In this document: positions 1-13,446 of the stretch, one piece after another
Layout: every line of letters starts with the position of its first letter
How positions within the stretch are numbered: position 1 is the stretch's first letter
Assembly (NCBI GenBank): GCA_043228905.1
Contig: JBHGNT010000009.1
Span: forward strand, 21,018,001-21,082,000
Source of the DNA: Azolla caroliniana
Lineage: Eukaryota; Plantae; Polypodiophyta
Direction: 5' to 3'
DNA length: 64,000 bases
Program-made: the position numbers and the translations under genes
Notes under the pieces: generated by a model
Databases searched by the model: none
What the model was told of the DNA's origin: nothing
Seen by the model: the letters and a program-made list of their open reading frames with translations, nothing else

Positions 1-891
1 AATAATGTACTTGATTCTACAAATACACGTTACCTTTTAACTTTTGAGTGACCAATTGCAAATCAAGCATTAAATGGTCTAGTCAACTCAATTACACTCA
101 TTAAAGCATCACATCTGGTCCATCACTCGCTTCATTGATGCGTGTCCTTATGAATCAAGGTTACAAATTTGAAGGAATTGGTTAAGACCAATTCAAGGTA
201 CAAATTAAGACAAACTTTTTCGTCATCCACTAAAGAATTTTGAGGATTTTGATTACACAGGAGGTTTTCAATTCAGACAACAGCAAGGAGTTGTTGCATA
301 GAACTAGTTCAACCCTTGACCAAACCTTGTGGGTTCATTGTCCTCCATTATCCCCTAACATTACTATTATGTCTCACAAAGGCTTCATTGGCACCATTTT
401 GGCCATGTTGCTTCAACTTTCAGCTTCCTTGAGACTTATTAAACTGATTGGTAAACACGGGCAATCTAAAGGCCCAGAATATGTTTTTTTAAAGTAAAAA
501 ATGATTCAATTTGGTGTATCCATGAGAATATGTTAAAAGAAATTAATATTATGGATAACACATTATTTGCAACAAATGACAAGAAAATGCTGCAGCGTGT
601 CAGAATCACAATGACACAAACAAAACAATTACCATTTTCTTACCAAATTTAGACCTCCATTCATTTTCAGAGTATTTCAGTTGTCCATTCACATTTCTTC
701 TGTTGCGTTATGAGTTTAACAGTCAGATTAGATGCTTTGTGACACTTCAAATTATCTTAAACTATATATTGCTGAAATGATTCAATATTTCCTTTCTATA
801 AATATAAAGGGTGGAAGGATAGTTTATCAGTACTAAACATTATGCAGAGAAATTATGTACACATCGCAAAACATTGCAAAAATCTTGGGAG

Positions 892-3800
892 TTACCTAGA
901 ATCTCTAAATAAAGTCAGCCATTTGGAAGATTCCTGTGGAACGTTTGTCTTGTAAGGCATCTTTTTTTGTTTTAAGTCATTTGAAGAGGAAAGATCAGAA
1001 TCATCCAGATGAGAAGGTTCATCGCAATCTAAGAGGGATGCATCATCTCCTCGTTGTTCATCAGAGGTAAATCTAGGAACACTTGAACAAACACCTAAAT
1101 CTGATGCATCTGAAGAGGCTTCTTTCAGATAAGTTGCAGCTGCATGCCAATCTCTTTTTGATTGTGTAATAGACGGATCCTTAACAACATTTCCATTCAA
1201 TCGCCATTCATTTTCCTTCATCTTTGTACCTAAATCTAAAATTGAAGACGACTCCAATTTGTGTAATGTTGCTTTCTTCTTAAGTTGCTGTTCTCGATTT
1301 TGCATTCTTTGTGTCTTAAGGCCCAGAATTTTTGCAGTTTCTTTAGCACCTCCCCATTTCTCCAAAGCACGTGCTATATGGTAGTGACCTGTGTAAAACA
1401 TCTCTCATTTTCTGTCTTTTGCTTTGTCTTATATATTGTGGCTCTACCCTAGTGGCAGGCTATTTTCAGCTGTATTAGAGCTGTCCCTAAAACCCTAAAC
1501 CCTTTCAAATCCCAAAAGTTGCACTACTTTACTACATGATTGCAGAATGTAAGGGACGAACATACAATTTTCTAGTCTCCACTGGTACCAGCTAAGCTAT
1601 GTTTGTCTGCTCTATCAAACACACACACTTAAAAGGTATTGTATTAATTGCATTACAAAGTTCACTGCCATGTACTGATCATTTAAATATTTCTGTTATA
1701 ACTGAACTTGAATGCCGATAAGAAAAAATCCAAGATACTGTATTTCATGGAAATACCTAGTTTCTCTATCGATAGACGGCTTGGCAATACATTAGGGTCT
1801 CCTCCAAGCTCCTTTTGAACAGCTATGATCTACACAATCAACAAAACCTCTCGTAAACTGAAAGTAATTCCTTTATATTAAAAGTAAGTTCTTTCATTGG
1901 CAGTTACCTCATTTCGCAAATTTTGCACATCATCCCAGTAGCCATCAGGCTTCCTTTCTTTATATGCCAGTGACAGTTTCATTCTCAATGCAACAGTTCG
2001 GAAACCACCCATGGCAGTTACAGCTTTCTCTAGGTCACTACGGCCATGCTGACGCATATGCCTTCTTAATGGCATAACACCTTCAGTCCCATAAGCTGCA
2101 ATGAAACTTCTGATTTCCTTTTCCAAGGATCCAAAATCAGTCACCAATCTTTTATCATGTATACGCTTCTTCCTCGGTTTTGATCGGGCAGCCTTTGATT
2201 TTCCACCATTCAGACAATCCACAGTATTGTGAATTATCTCTGGTTTAGTAGGTACAATACTGTCTTTGACACCTTCTGTTTGTTGAGTATCATCCACTGT
2301 ATCAAAGTCAAGCGTAGCCTCACCTAGACATATACCAGAAGAATTCTCAACAGTTGTTAAATTCTCTGCTCTGTCACGTATAGCGCACAGATTTGAAGGA
2401 AGATCTTCATATATGACCTGTTCTCAAAAACAATTGTACAGAAGCATGTTGAATCCAATACAGGTTGAACTGGTATTAATATTGAAAATTTGAAGTTCAA
2501 TGATATAGTGGAAAACCTGGAATTAAGATGTTTACCTCCTCAACTATTGATTCAGAGAGAACACAATCTTTGCGAATTCTCATATCAACTGTGTACTTCA
2601 ATACTGTGTGTCGACTCCCAAACTGATTGAGCACCCAATTCCCTTCAAATGATTCAAAATCTCCTTCTACTTGGTTGAAAACAATCTCATGTTGTGGTCG
2701 TTCCAACAAATCAAGGACAACTCGAGCATGAAGTATCACATACAAAAGACATTTGCAGCCCTCCTGAGTGGACAAAAGCCCAACATAAAGGTCACAAGTC
2801 CGAGACGCCACTACATGCGTTATAAGATAAAGTCCTCTTGTCAATTATGTTGAATTGCCTCTATAAGGATCTTTGTTTTAGAAAAATACAAAGACAAAGT
2901 AAAGCTTGGGAAATCCAATTAAGTGTCACTCTCAATTTACATCCATCTAGGAAGAACAGGATGTAATTCCCAAAGAGGGCTTTGACTTTTAACATAGTTG
3001 AGATTCAAGATATCAAAGAAGCGAGGTATTTACACCGCAGGTCAGACCTCAGGCCCATTGAAATTAGCCAAATCAATGATAAAAGGGCATCTGTAACTTT
3101 TGAAAAATGAATATTTTCCCATCAAATGTAAAAGAATAAAAGATCATTGATAAACATTCTTCACTTATTAGACATTTCTAATTCTATCATCCTCCATATA
3201 GAACCAACCAAATACAGGTCGTTTACCCCAAAACTTATATTTAGGCATGATCAAGTTCCAGAATGATTAAATAAATGAAAGCATAAATATATTAGGGCTG
3301 ATGACAAACCTAATCCATTAACCCACACAACGTAAGATGTTTGGTTTAGCTCTCTAATATTCTCTACGCTTCCCATATTAAGTGGGAAGTTGTAGATGGT
3401 GTTAATTGGTTTGTGAGAATGAAATCCATGTATATTTGTAGAATTGATTATGTTCTGGAAATTCAAGCCTTATCATCGAGATGTAGAAAAACCTCAGTCA
3501 AGATAGACTTGAAAAACACACAAATTATTAATTCGGTAAAGGAGACACCTGAAGAATCCTCACGCTTTCTTTGTCTCGAGAAAGCACCACACTTTTGGTT
3601 AGATTGGGAATGAACCTAACAAGAAAAGATAATATTAAATAAGAACATTTGCATGCAATTATCTCAATGAAAGGTCATACATGCACTTCATGGGATGTAT
3701 GCACAAAGACACACATAACATGGACAGAGTCATTCGAGATGACTACAAGTTGAATTACTAACAATGGTGCTATCTATGGGATGGTGAAGCACCTTATACT

Positions 3801-6800
3801 GTATTCTTCCTCATTTACAGATAAAAGGTGCAGGGCTCAAGTCATGATTCTTTAGAGTATGGTATGCCATTGGAAGAATAGGTCTTATATTTTGACCAGA
3901 TTATCTATATCATTTTACTTGCACCGGCATTATAATCTACCTAATGGTCTTTTCCACTTGAATGTAGCACAATTGACAGAGCATTCGATCTAAACCACAT
4001 TGATAGCAGTAAATGTCATTAAAAATTACTCTGGAAGATCTTCATATGCAGTGAGGACAGCCCACACATCTTTTGAAGGGGCCTTGACTGTGACAGTTGC
4101 AACAACTTGTCTATGAACAACACCATTTTCCTGCACTACCCTCAAAAACAAGTGAATAAAATGGTCAACAACATTATGAAGTTCAACAATTATATGGAAT
4201 ATAAAAAAATATAACAGTATTCAACTTACAAGTAGGTTATCCAAGCGTCTGAAATGTATCTCATCAATAAAGCGTTGTTGATTTAGCTGGCAAGTTCGTC
4301 CAAAGCCACTCCAAAAGTAAGGTGCACCCAAATTGATAATGTCATTAGATTTTTTGGATGAAAAACCAATAACCCTACCATCATCCATCTTCATTTTCGT
4401 GATTGCGAAAGAATTTCTTTTGTTGATGTGATCATTTTCTGGTGATGATGTAGATACAGAGCAGTTTTCAGCTGATTCTTCATTTGAAGCTTTCAACCTC
4501 CTAAGAACACCTACCGCTTTACTGTCACCTTCAGCTTCTATTTCTGCACGCTTTGCTATTGCAGATAGATTTTTTGGTAGATCTTCTTTGATAACGTTTT
4601 CCACAAAAGTCGCAGGAAAGAAAAGCTTTGGTACAACATTGACTTCATAGTGCAACATGGTTGTTCCAGGCCTGAAAAAATTAATATGTAATTCTAAGCG
4701 ACATATTTTCCAGAATTTATGAGCTTTAAATCAAGATGTTATCATTTATGACAACCATGGAAGCATAATTATATTGCTAGAAATTATATACAACATGTCT
4801 ATAATATGCATAAAGTATGTTGATAAATCCTTAAAACGGGATGGTATTTCTGTTACATTAAATGATCACCAGAAAATGATAGAGAGGTACACAGGAGATG
4901 CGAAGACAGAGGAAAAATGGTCTTAACCACAATTGCTTTGATGAGTCTTGTACTCTGCTTTTGAGCTGGAAAGAGATACCATTGTTTGCTTACAACTCCA
5001 AAAGCATACTTCAGATCCAATCTCAACAATATAAAAAAATAGGCCTTTGTTATTCCAAATCAGTCTTAATTCTATATATTTGATTACCTTAGTGTCTTGA
5101 CAGAATCTAACGCTGAAACTGATGGTAAATTTCAAGTATATAACCACCCGCAATATCTTAAACAATGACTCTCCTTTGGTCTTTCCTCTTTCCAAGAATA
5201 CGAGGGATGAGGATGATCAATGTCCAACAAGAAAATACTCAATATTACAACTGCTTGCTCTAATTAAGGGCAGGGGTTTCTATTAGAGGATCAGGGATTT
5301 ATCCCCCTATATTAACTGAACGAAAAATACATTTGAATTACCCTGTGAATTACCCTGCGATCTAGTTCTTAGGATATTACAAGAGTAATATATACAACCG
5401 CTGAGAAGACAATGTAATAATACCAACTAATGTTGTCAAACTCAATGAAAACACGAATGTGCCCTGGGATTAGGTACATTTAGTGGTGTCGTGAAGTATT
5501 TACTTCACGAACAGAAATTCTAATTAAAAAACAAATATTTGACTTGAAGATAGTTTGGCTCCATACGTGCAAAGATTTCAATCTCCAATGTGCGATACAA
5601 GCATTGGATATTGAATTTGTATTATACATCCACATTGAACCATTGTAAAGTCTATTGAAAGATCAATAGACAAAATTTGGAAGGTTTGCCATGGTACTTG
5701 GCATGCATGCGATCTGGCAGTATATGTGGCAGCAGGTAAATTACATGCAAAGAGTCTTTTAAGAGGTATATCTAGACTCTCAAGCCAATTTTAAGGGGGA
5801 AAGAAAAAGGTAAACCGATCAACGGGTTCAAGAAGAGCTTAAGACTCTATTATTGTAAGTTGTATTTGAGGATTTGAATATTTAGGGTTAGGTTTTCACT
5901 ACTCTACTTATATCACCTGAACAATCTCTTGATTTTTCAACACTACCTATCTATCCATTTCTTGAATTCTATTATCTCTCTATCTCTCTTTCTCACTCCC
6001 AATTCCTCTCAATCTATCTATTTCATTTTCTTTCTTGCTCTCTGTATATCTCCTCATTCATAACTGGTTCCAACACACTGATCACTAATTTTGTTAATTA
6101 TTAAACGCGGTAGAAAAATCCAAAAGTTGTCAAAATGCTGCACCTTGGACCAGTTCGCAGGTACCATTTTCCATGATAACGCTTGAAGTCTCCGTCTACC
6201 ATAGAGAAGTGAAGTTCACTACCAGTCTCCTGCAACCATGATCAGGAATAACCAAAAAACAACTAATTAATTCTGGGGAAAATATACTCAACATACCCCT
6301 TATGTAGAGACCAATATCAACAATACACCTCATTTTATGCAGAACATACATGATTATATCAGCCTCCTCTAAAATTTATCAGGGAAAATATAATCAACAT
6401 ACCCCTTATGTATAGGGCAATATCAACAATACACCTCGTATTTTCAACAATATCATATCTACTCTTGGTCATAAAGTTAAGTTTCTCTTAAAAATCAGCA
6501 CCTAATGAACTTGGGTTTCTCGTCTATATTGGTTCCTAATAACTTATAAGCATCCTCAATTAAAATAATAGGCATCCTAATTGCAATAAACTTCTTACTA
6601 AATTGCATGGTTGGATCAAAATATAAATTAAAATATTCAGCATGTTATTGAGAATAATAAGCATCCAAATTTATATTTCCTACTCTGATCACAATATTAA
6701 AAAATAATAAGCATGTTATTCAAAATATTGGGCATTCAAATTAAGATACCATCATATGACCCGACAACACATAAGAATATCCCATATGATATTAAAAATA

Positions 6801-9295
6801 TCTTAGTTAGACTATTAAGAACCCTCAGTAAAAAAGGGGAATTTATCTTTAGTAGGCACTGAATTTAAGAAGAAATGAATGTAATGGCTATATTTTTGAC
6901 CAAGAATAGCCATTGCCAATATTGAAAATATGGCAGGTATTGTTGATATTACCCTAGACATGAAGAGTATGTTTGACACGTTTCCCTATCTACAAAGGTA
7001 GGGTCACAAGAACTGAGAAATAAAAAATAAACATTACCATGTCAGGATACTCTTTTAAATCCAATATCACATGAGCTTCAATATTCCAATACATAGTTCG
7101 CTGTACTCCTTGTTGTAGCAACCATATGTGCCCAGGATATGGACAAGGGATCTTCTGACTACAGCAACAAATGAAACAAGATACTCAAGATCAGATCATT
7201 GTAAAAAGAAAGCAAACCATGGTTTTATTGTAACATGAGTATGTCTGTAACTACAGCAGCATATGAAACAAGATACTCAGGATCTGATCATTGTAAAATG
7301 AACGCAAACCATGGATTTATCATCACATGACTGCATCTATAATATGGACAAGGGGTATTCTAACTATGACAAAAAATGAAACAAGATACTCTGGATCCGA
7401 GGATCGTAAAAAGAAAGCACCCACTATGACTTTATCATAACATGAATGTGTCAATAATATGGACAAATGACACAAGATACTCAGGGTCCGAGCATTGTAA
7501 AACAAAAGAAAAACATGAATTTGTCATCACATGAGTGGATTTATAGCATGGACAAGGGGTTTCTACAGCAAATGAAACAATATATGCAAAAGAAAGTGAA
7601 CCATGCCTTTATCATAGCATGAGTACATTTGCATAGTTCTACTCAATCTCTCTTTCCCATCCCCTGAAAAAAAACAAGTGTATTGCATTTATCATAACAT
7701 GAGTACATCTGTATAGTTCTACTGAACCTCTCTTCCCCTAAACCCTGAAAAAAACAAGTGTATTACATGCACAACCACTTCTGAGCTACGCATGTTCTGC
7801 CTCACCAACAGAAGTAGGAATCCGATCCTCTGTAGGAATAAATATACAATTGTTCTTAGTTTAATCACTAGCAGATTTGCTCAGTTACGAGATAACTTAT
7901 TTGCAAAAGATAGATTTTTAGTTCTATTAGATTGATTTTGACATAAAGGATAGGAAGAATTCTCAGAAAAAAAGTTAATTTGGATCAATCAAATTGAACA
8001 ATTTTGACCTCTATTACATATCAATATGTCTTTATTTCTTTCTCTTATCTGTAGAGTCCAAATATTATCTCAGTGCGAAGAAGAAAGCATAATAGTCGTC
8101 ATTTTAGTTTGCCATGTGTCAATAAAGGAATAAAAAATGGGATCAAAAGAGGGCATTTGAATGCAGTATCGCTTGTACACAACACTAATGAGATAAAGAC
8201 TGTTGTAGAAGTGGAGACTCTGACTGAAAAACAGCCCAATATTGTGAGTAAAGAAGAACTTCAAATATTCAAAGCATGTGTCCTCCATAGCAACCTCGTC
8301 CAGATTCAATAATAAGGGAGCTTCTAATAGAAAACAGCTCAAACATAGTAAACAATAAGGAACTTGATGGTAAGAAACATATATTTTCCTCCATTGCAAG
8401 CTCATCCAACAGCAATTGTTCTTATTGCGAAAGGAAAAAAAACTTCTAGATGGAAAAACAAGCCTTCAACAAAACTGAGAAAAAAAAATGCAAGTGATAA
8501 CAAGAACAGCTTAACTATTTGCCAGGTTTGGGGAAAAAAATATTAGAAATATATCTTAAAAAGTTAAAAAAGAAACAAGCATTTTTTTATTTTTGTAGAA
8601 ATAAGCGACGAGAAAGAAATTTTCTGTGTGATACCGATGGCTTACCTATAGACCAAGTTAGGGATGAAATCGCTGAGCTTCTCATAATCAGTCAAGACTT
8701 TCCAGACTGTATGCGGAGGTGCTTCTATCAAAATGCTCGCTATAACAAGGCGCTCCCTCCAAGAAATGGTTTCCACACGGCATTCTGCAACAACATGTTC
8801 ACATGTTCCTCTTTCTCTTCTTCTTCTTCTTCTTCTTCTTTTTGTTATGCCACAGCCAGAAGTGAAGATTTCTTCACCACTGCCATCATCATCAAACGAG
8901 TCATCATCGTTTTCTCCTTCTTCTTGGCCATGGGCGTGATCTTGACCTCTTCCGTTTTCTTCAAGAACGTCTTCTTCTTCATGTTTTGTCTGTCCTTTAT
9001 CCCCTTCTTCTTCTTCTTCTTTTTCTGCAATGAATTCCTCTTCTCTTTCTTCACTATGGATGAATTCGTCTTCTCCTTCTCCTGCTTTCTCTCCTCCTCC
9101 TTTACTTTTGGCAAGGATAGACTTTTGATTAAATAACGTTCCGCGATGATAAGGAGGAAGGTTTGGAGTATTGTAGAAGGATTTGCTGCACAATAGAGGG
9201 AAGAGAATCGAGCTCCGCGGGTGGTTCTGTGGATATCGAAATCGATGGGAATGAGGAAGAAAGGAAGCGCAGGAGAGGTGAAGGAGAGATGCCAT
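892..9295 (-). CDS. Plastid-targeted protein with two START/polyketide-cyclase (COQ10-like) domains, At5g08720-like; 10 exons
   Basis: GT-AG exons read manually with consistent phases: 8646-9295, 7038-7158, 6144-6229, 4230-4671, 4030-4130, 3549-3615, 2536-2763, 1908-2417, 1757-1829, 892-1388. Motifs VWKVLTDYEKLSDFIPNL, LHFSMVDGDFK, VWAVLTAYEDLPEFIPNL, QVEGDFESFEGNW, VIYEDLPSNLCAIRD and ARALEKWGG match this plant family. The N-terminus is Ser-rich, like a transit peptide. Confidence 0.9.
4930..5010 (-). mobile_element. Short Ty1/Copia RNase H fragment in an intron
   Basis: Translates as FWSCKQTMVSLSSSKAEYK, resembling the Copia WxSKKQxxVALSSxEAEY motif. Confidence 0.5.
6275..6987. mobile_element. 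MITE-like element with a duplicated left terminal repeat
   Basis: GGGAAAATAT..CAACATACCCCTTATGTA..AATATCAACAATAC occurs twice (about 6275 and 6381). A degenerate inverted copy (GTATTGTTGATATT..GTATGTTTGACACGTTTCCCT) lies at about 6937-6987. No clear TSD. Confidence 0.45.
7137..7765. repeat. Degenerate tandem repeat of about 70-100 bp in intron 1, derived from the exon 2 acceptor region
   Basis: About five recurrences of ATGAAACAAGATACTC..GATCATTGTAAAA..AACCATG..TATCATAACATGA, several preceded by ATATGGACAAGGG. A separate two-copy repeat of about 80 bp follows at 7608-7765. Confidence 0.75.
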
Positions 9296-9427
9296 GGATG
9301 GGGAATCATCCTTCTCTGCCTCTTCTCACACAGAAGCCATGGCTTCTTGCACGCATAGCTTGATCGATTCTGCTTCTGCTTCTGCTTCTGCTTCTGTTGC
9401 AGCTGTTCCTTATCCATCCGAGGATTC

Positions 9428-10101
9428 AAAAGTTTGGGAAATTTATGAAAGTAGACCTCTGATTTCTCAAATACTACATAAAAAAGTTTGTGTGGAATTG
9501 ATGACAGGTTCGGTTCGGTTTGAGAGGGTCAAAACCGAACCGTTAAAAAAATTTCAAACCTGAACCGAACCGAACCACGAAACCGTTAAAACCGCAATTT
9601 CGTGGTTCTGTTTTGGTTTTAAATTTAAAATATTTCATTATTTAAAAATTTAAAGATTTTTCTAAGGTCTGCGAATAAGGCTGAAAATGAAAAGATTATT
9701 TAAAAGCTATTTTTTAGAATTTTAAAAATAATAATAAACCGTTTAAATGCAGTTTCTAATTGTTAAAACCGAACCGAACCGTCCAAACCGTTAAGCCATG
9801 GTTGTCGACAATTAATAGACCTCTTATTCACACATTAATAAAAAAAAGCTTGGGGAATTTATGAAAGTAAACCTCTGATTTCTTAAATATTACAGAAAAA
9901 AGTTTGGCGAATTTATGAAAGCAGACCTCTGATTCTCACATATTACAAAAAATAGTTTGTGTGGAAACTATGAAAGCAAACCTTTGATTCTCACACATTA
10001 CAAAAAAAAAGTTTGGTGAATTTATGAAAGTAGACCTCTAATTCTCACATAATACAAGAAAAAGTTTGGAGAATTTATGAGAGTTATAGGGAATTCTCAC
10101 A
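9428..10101. repeat. Tandem repeat of about 56 bp upstream of the START gene, interrupted by an AACCG-rich foldback element
   Basis: Unit AAAGTTTGG.GAATTTATGAAAGTAGACCTCTGATTCTCACATATTACA repeated about 7 times. The last unit resumes at 17711 after the LINE. Confidence 0.85.
9505..9810. mobile_element. Small foldback/MITE-like element
   Basis: GGTTCGGTTCGGTTT at the left is inverted to AAACCGAACCGAACC at about 9767-9781, around an AT-rich core. It interrupts the 56-bp array. Confidence 0.5.
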
Positions 10102-10970
10102 TTTTTTTTTTCCAAAAAAACCACTACTTCGCATTAGTTAGCAAATAGAATACAACAAAGTTTATCCAAATCCACAATGGGATCAACATATACAACTTGG
10201 AGAAACAACTCCAAAACTATTAACCAAAAACAACAAAAAAAAACTCAACGGATCCTTGACTCAAGCAAAATTGAATTAAACCCTATTTTACCCCGACTCT
10301 ACAACTCCCTGACACACGTTTGTGTCAACTATACATACATAATTACAACCCATGTACAATATTGGGAGCCATTGGTGGAAACAGGCACCTAGGTGCTTGA
10401 CAATTCCACTTAGGCCTCAATGAAGATTTGACTAGCATGGGAGAGCTACTCCATTTCAGCAAGAACTTTGACCTTGCCCTTTCTGCTTCTTCCGAATCCC
10501 CTTGAATCGAATCATACCGACTGAGCAACCAAGCCACAAGATCAAACCAGATATTTAACATCATCTCCCCGCATGAGATCTTTTGCTGCTGAAAAACCAC
10601 CTTACAACGCCTGATCCAGATGTGCCAGGCCGTCAAACAGACCACCATAAGCCAAATCTCCTCAAAAATTTCAGAATTTGTGCTTGGTCTCACCCCATCA
10701 CATTGGAACACGCTACCGCCCTACACTATAAATCCATGTCCTTGTGGGTTTAACCGTTCACCCCAGCTTTACCCTTTTAAGGACAACCCTTGTATTGAGT
10801 GCCACACAATGTTCCCTTTCACACCACAAGCTGCCACGATTTGAAGGCTTCTACTCCAAATGCTAATCGCCTCTGTACAATTCCAAAAACAGTGAGAGAT
10901 TGATTCCAAAGCCTGTCCACATAACTTATAGCTAGCCTCGAGAGCTCAACCACTCGCCTACAGGTACCGC

Positions 10971-11694
10971 TGTCGTGCCTTTCGGCTCCGGATCGTTGCG
11001 TGAGTCGGGTGGGAACCGCCGAGGTTTTGGACTAGGAGAAAGAAAAATACAAATAAGGCTAGTAAAGAATAGGTATAAAGAGTTATAAGATAAGAATCTC
11101 GTGAATCCCACGAGTTTAGTATATTTAGTCAATATTTAGGTAGTAAGAGAGAATTATTTTAGCAAATTCGTGAATCCCACGAATATTTTAGATTGATTGA
11201 TCATTATAGAAAAATAATCAACAAAAACTACAATGTGCTCCCCATCCTTATATAGTGATGGGAGAGACTAAGCATAGCTACATGCTTTTTTTCTAATATG
11301 TTCATGCACACTAAATGTGCATGTGATGCTTTTCTAATCCTTGCTTTTATTTGCTAAATATAGTGCTCATGCACGCTAGATGTGCATGAGTCACTTTTTA
11401 GTTGCTTGCGTTTTTTCTATAAAATATTCACACGCTCTAAAAATGCACGATTTACCTTTTAATAAAGGTAGGCACAAATAAAGGACTTATAGTTATTAAA
11501 TCTATTTGTAGAATACTAAAGATAAGGTAGCATAATGGTAAAGTTGAGGTTCGGTTATGTGGAGGTATAGGGTTTGAATCTTGCCCTATGCACGTGATAA
11601 ATATTTTGATATTCTTATTTTATTTATTTATATGTAATTAAATCGGTTATATTATTTTTACTTTTTCACGTAGTGTACGAAATACACTACGACA
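10971..11694 (-). mobile_element. 3' LTR of a Gypsy element
   Basis: TG..CA ends, preceded on the minus strand by the PPT GGAGGGGGCGAG. TATA-like CTATATAAG at about 11247-11255. The ends resemble those of the Gypsy at 42103-49141. Confidence 0.75.
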
Positions 11695-13446
11695 CTCGCC
11701 CCCTCCGAACCTGCACATCCTCCGGTATGTGTCGAAGTTGCCGGTGATTGTTAGTCTCGTCCGTCCGTTCTCCGCATGGTTGGTTTCGTCACCGGTCATT
11801 TTTTGTTGCCGGCCCCGTTCGGTCTCCGGTTTTTGGTTGCCGACTCCGCCCGGTTTCCGGTTCAGTTCAGTTGCCAGCTCTGTCCGGTCTCCGGTTACCG
11901 GCCCTCGTAATTCTTCGTTACTTGTTGTACCCTTCGTTTCTCTTGCTATGTCAGCTTTGTCTCTCCATTTTGAGCACATCCATTCTTTCCACCCGAACCA
12001 TTGTTGCCATCCAATCCACCATAGTCTTCGTTCACTCTTTGCTTTGCCATGAGTGGTTGTCATGGTCCCTTGTGGTCCTCTTGAGCATCTCGGTGTGTTG
12101 TCTCTCTCCACTCTACGCTTGTCTTTCGTAGGTTCTACCCACGCGTCGATGTCGATCTCTGAATATGCGCTCGCTGTTAGGTCCTTGTGCGGCTTTAATG
12201 CATGCTTTATTCCTCGATGTTGCGCATGCGTCGTATTAGGCCGTAGCGCATGCTTCGTATTCCATCGTAGTGCATGCGTTGTATTACCCCGTAGTGCATG
12301 CTTCTTTTTGCACCGTAGCGCGTGCTTCTTTTTGCGCTGTAGCGTGTGCTTCTTTTGGTGTCGTAGCGCGTGCTCCGTATTACATGCTTCTCCCATCGTA
12401 GACCCGACCTTCGCGTTGTCGTGCTTTTGTTTACATCGGAATTTCAGACAGATCATCTTCCATCCGAACCGGCTTCCGACTTTACCTTCCTTACTGCCAC
12501 CTCCCGTCTCTCCGGTCTCACGTTGGTTCTCTGACACAACCGCCGAAGTCTCTAGAATTAGTGGGTAGGAATCCTCGGTATTATCATCCTCCGTTGTTTC
12601 ACCCATAGCCATATTCTCGGCTATCTCTCCGTCATACGCATCGGCTTCGACCTTTGTTTTCTCTCCGCCACCTTCCGTCTCTTCGGTCTCACGTTGCCTT
12701 TCGAACGCAACCGCCGGAGTCTCTGGAATCAGGGGTGGGGAAGTCTCGATATGGCCATCCATCGTTGATTTGTCCATAGCCACCTTCGATTCGATGTCAT
12801 CTTTCGTGGTGACCTCCTCAATCAAGTCCTCCTTGCTCTCTTTCACTGCATCAATTATGCTTACCCCTTTTTCACCCGATGTTTCGGACACTTGTATTCT
12901 GAAACCTTCTTCCGTTCTTGAAGTGGTGTTCGCCACTCTCAAGTCATCGACCTTATCCTTGGTCGTCGTTCTTTCGCAAGAAAAGAGGGTAGCTTGTTTT
13001 ACACCCTCTTCCGTCGCACCATCATGTTGTATTTCGGCCTTCATATCGGCTCCATCGTTTGTCTTCAATCGACCATCCTTCATCGGCCATGTCGTTGACA
13101 AGATTCTCATCTTCCTCTCATCATGTCTCCGGCATACCCTTTGGACTTCGGCCCAATCTTCGATAAGACCATTCGCACCGTCATCGTCTTCGAGTTCGAT
13201 CCCGATGTCCATCCTTTCTTTTCGATCGATCGATTTTACGAACATTAGGACTTTATCCTCCCCCACCAATCGTTGTTCCCGCTCCGAGAGTCGAGCAAGA
13301 CGATGCTCGAACTCTAGGAATGCTTGTGTTGCACTTTGGTGGGTCTTCTCCGATGCCACCCATTCATCAAACTCGCATCGATCTCGTCCCTTCGATCTCT
13401 CGTAGTCATATGCCTCTTGTAAAGCTTCTTCAAAGGACCCTGTCAT
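11647..13446 (-). CDS. Gag-derived chimeric ORF of a non-autonomous Gypsy (gag fragment plus low-complexity tail)
   Basis: FEEALQEAY..FDEWVAS..FEHRLARLS..VLMFVKSIDRKER aligns by eye with the gag at 47936-48475 (FEGRLLEKY..FMEWVES..YEERFARLS..VLLFVKSVDARDR). A 21-bp tandem repeat encodes (K/T)xHALR at about 12195-12375. Confidence 0.65.
   Translation of the reverse strand: MTGSFEEALQEAYDYERSKGRDRCEFDEWVASEKTHQSATQAFLEFEHRLARLSEREQRLVGEDKVLMFVKSIDRKERMDIGIELEDDDGANGLIEDWAEVQRVCRRHDERKMRILSTTWPMKDGRLKTNDGADMKAEIQHDGATEEGVKQATLFSCERTTTKDKVDDLRVANTTSRTEEGFRIQVSETSGEKGVSIIDAVKESKEDLIEEVTTKDDIESKVAMDKSTMDGHIETSPPLIPETPAVAFERQRETEETEGGGEKTKVEADAYDGEIAENMAMGETTEDDNTEDSYPLILETSAVVSENQRETGETGGGSKEGKVGSRFGWKMICLKFRCKQKHDNAKVGSTMGEACNTEHALRHQKKHTLQRKKKHALRCKKKHALRGNTTHALRWNTKHALRPNTTHAQHRGIKHALKPHKDLTASAYSEIDIDAWVEPTKDKRRVERDNTPRCSRGPQGTMTTTHGKAKSERRLWWIGWQQWFGWKEWMCSKWRDKADIARETKGTTSNEELRGPVTGDRTELATELNRKPGGVGNQKPETERGRQQKMTGDETNHAENGRTRLTITGNFDTYRRMCRFGGGECRSVFRTLREKVKII

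Noticed and set aside
8519-9563. Several long overlapping ORFs (8519-9136 +, 8845-9429 -, 9294-9563 +)
   Set aside because: They are by-products of GAA/TCT and GCTTCT microsatellites in exon 1 and the 5' UTR of the START gene, with low complexity and no domain.
9428-10101. Possible CRISPR array
   Set aside because: Contiguous tandem units without unique spacers, so a minisatellite.
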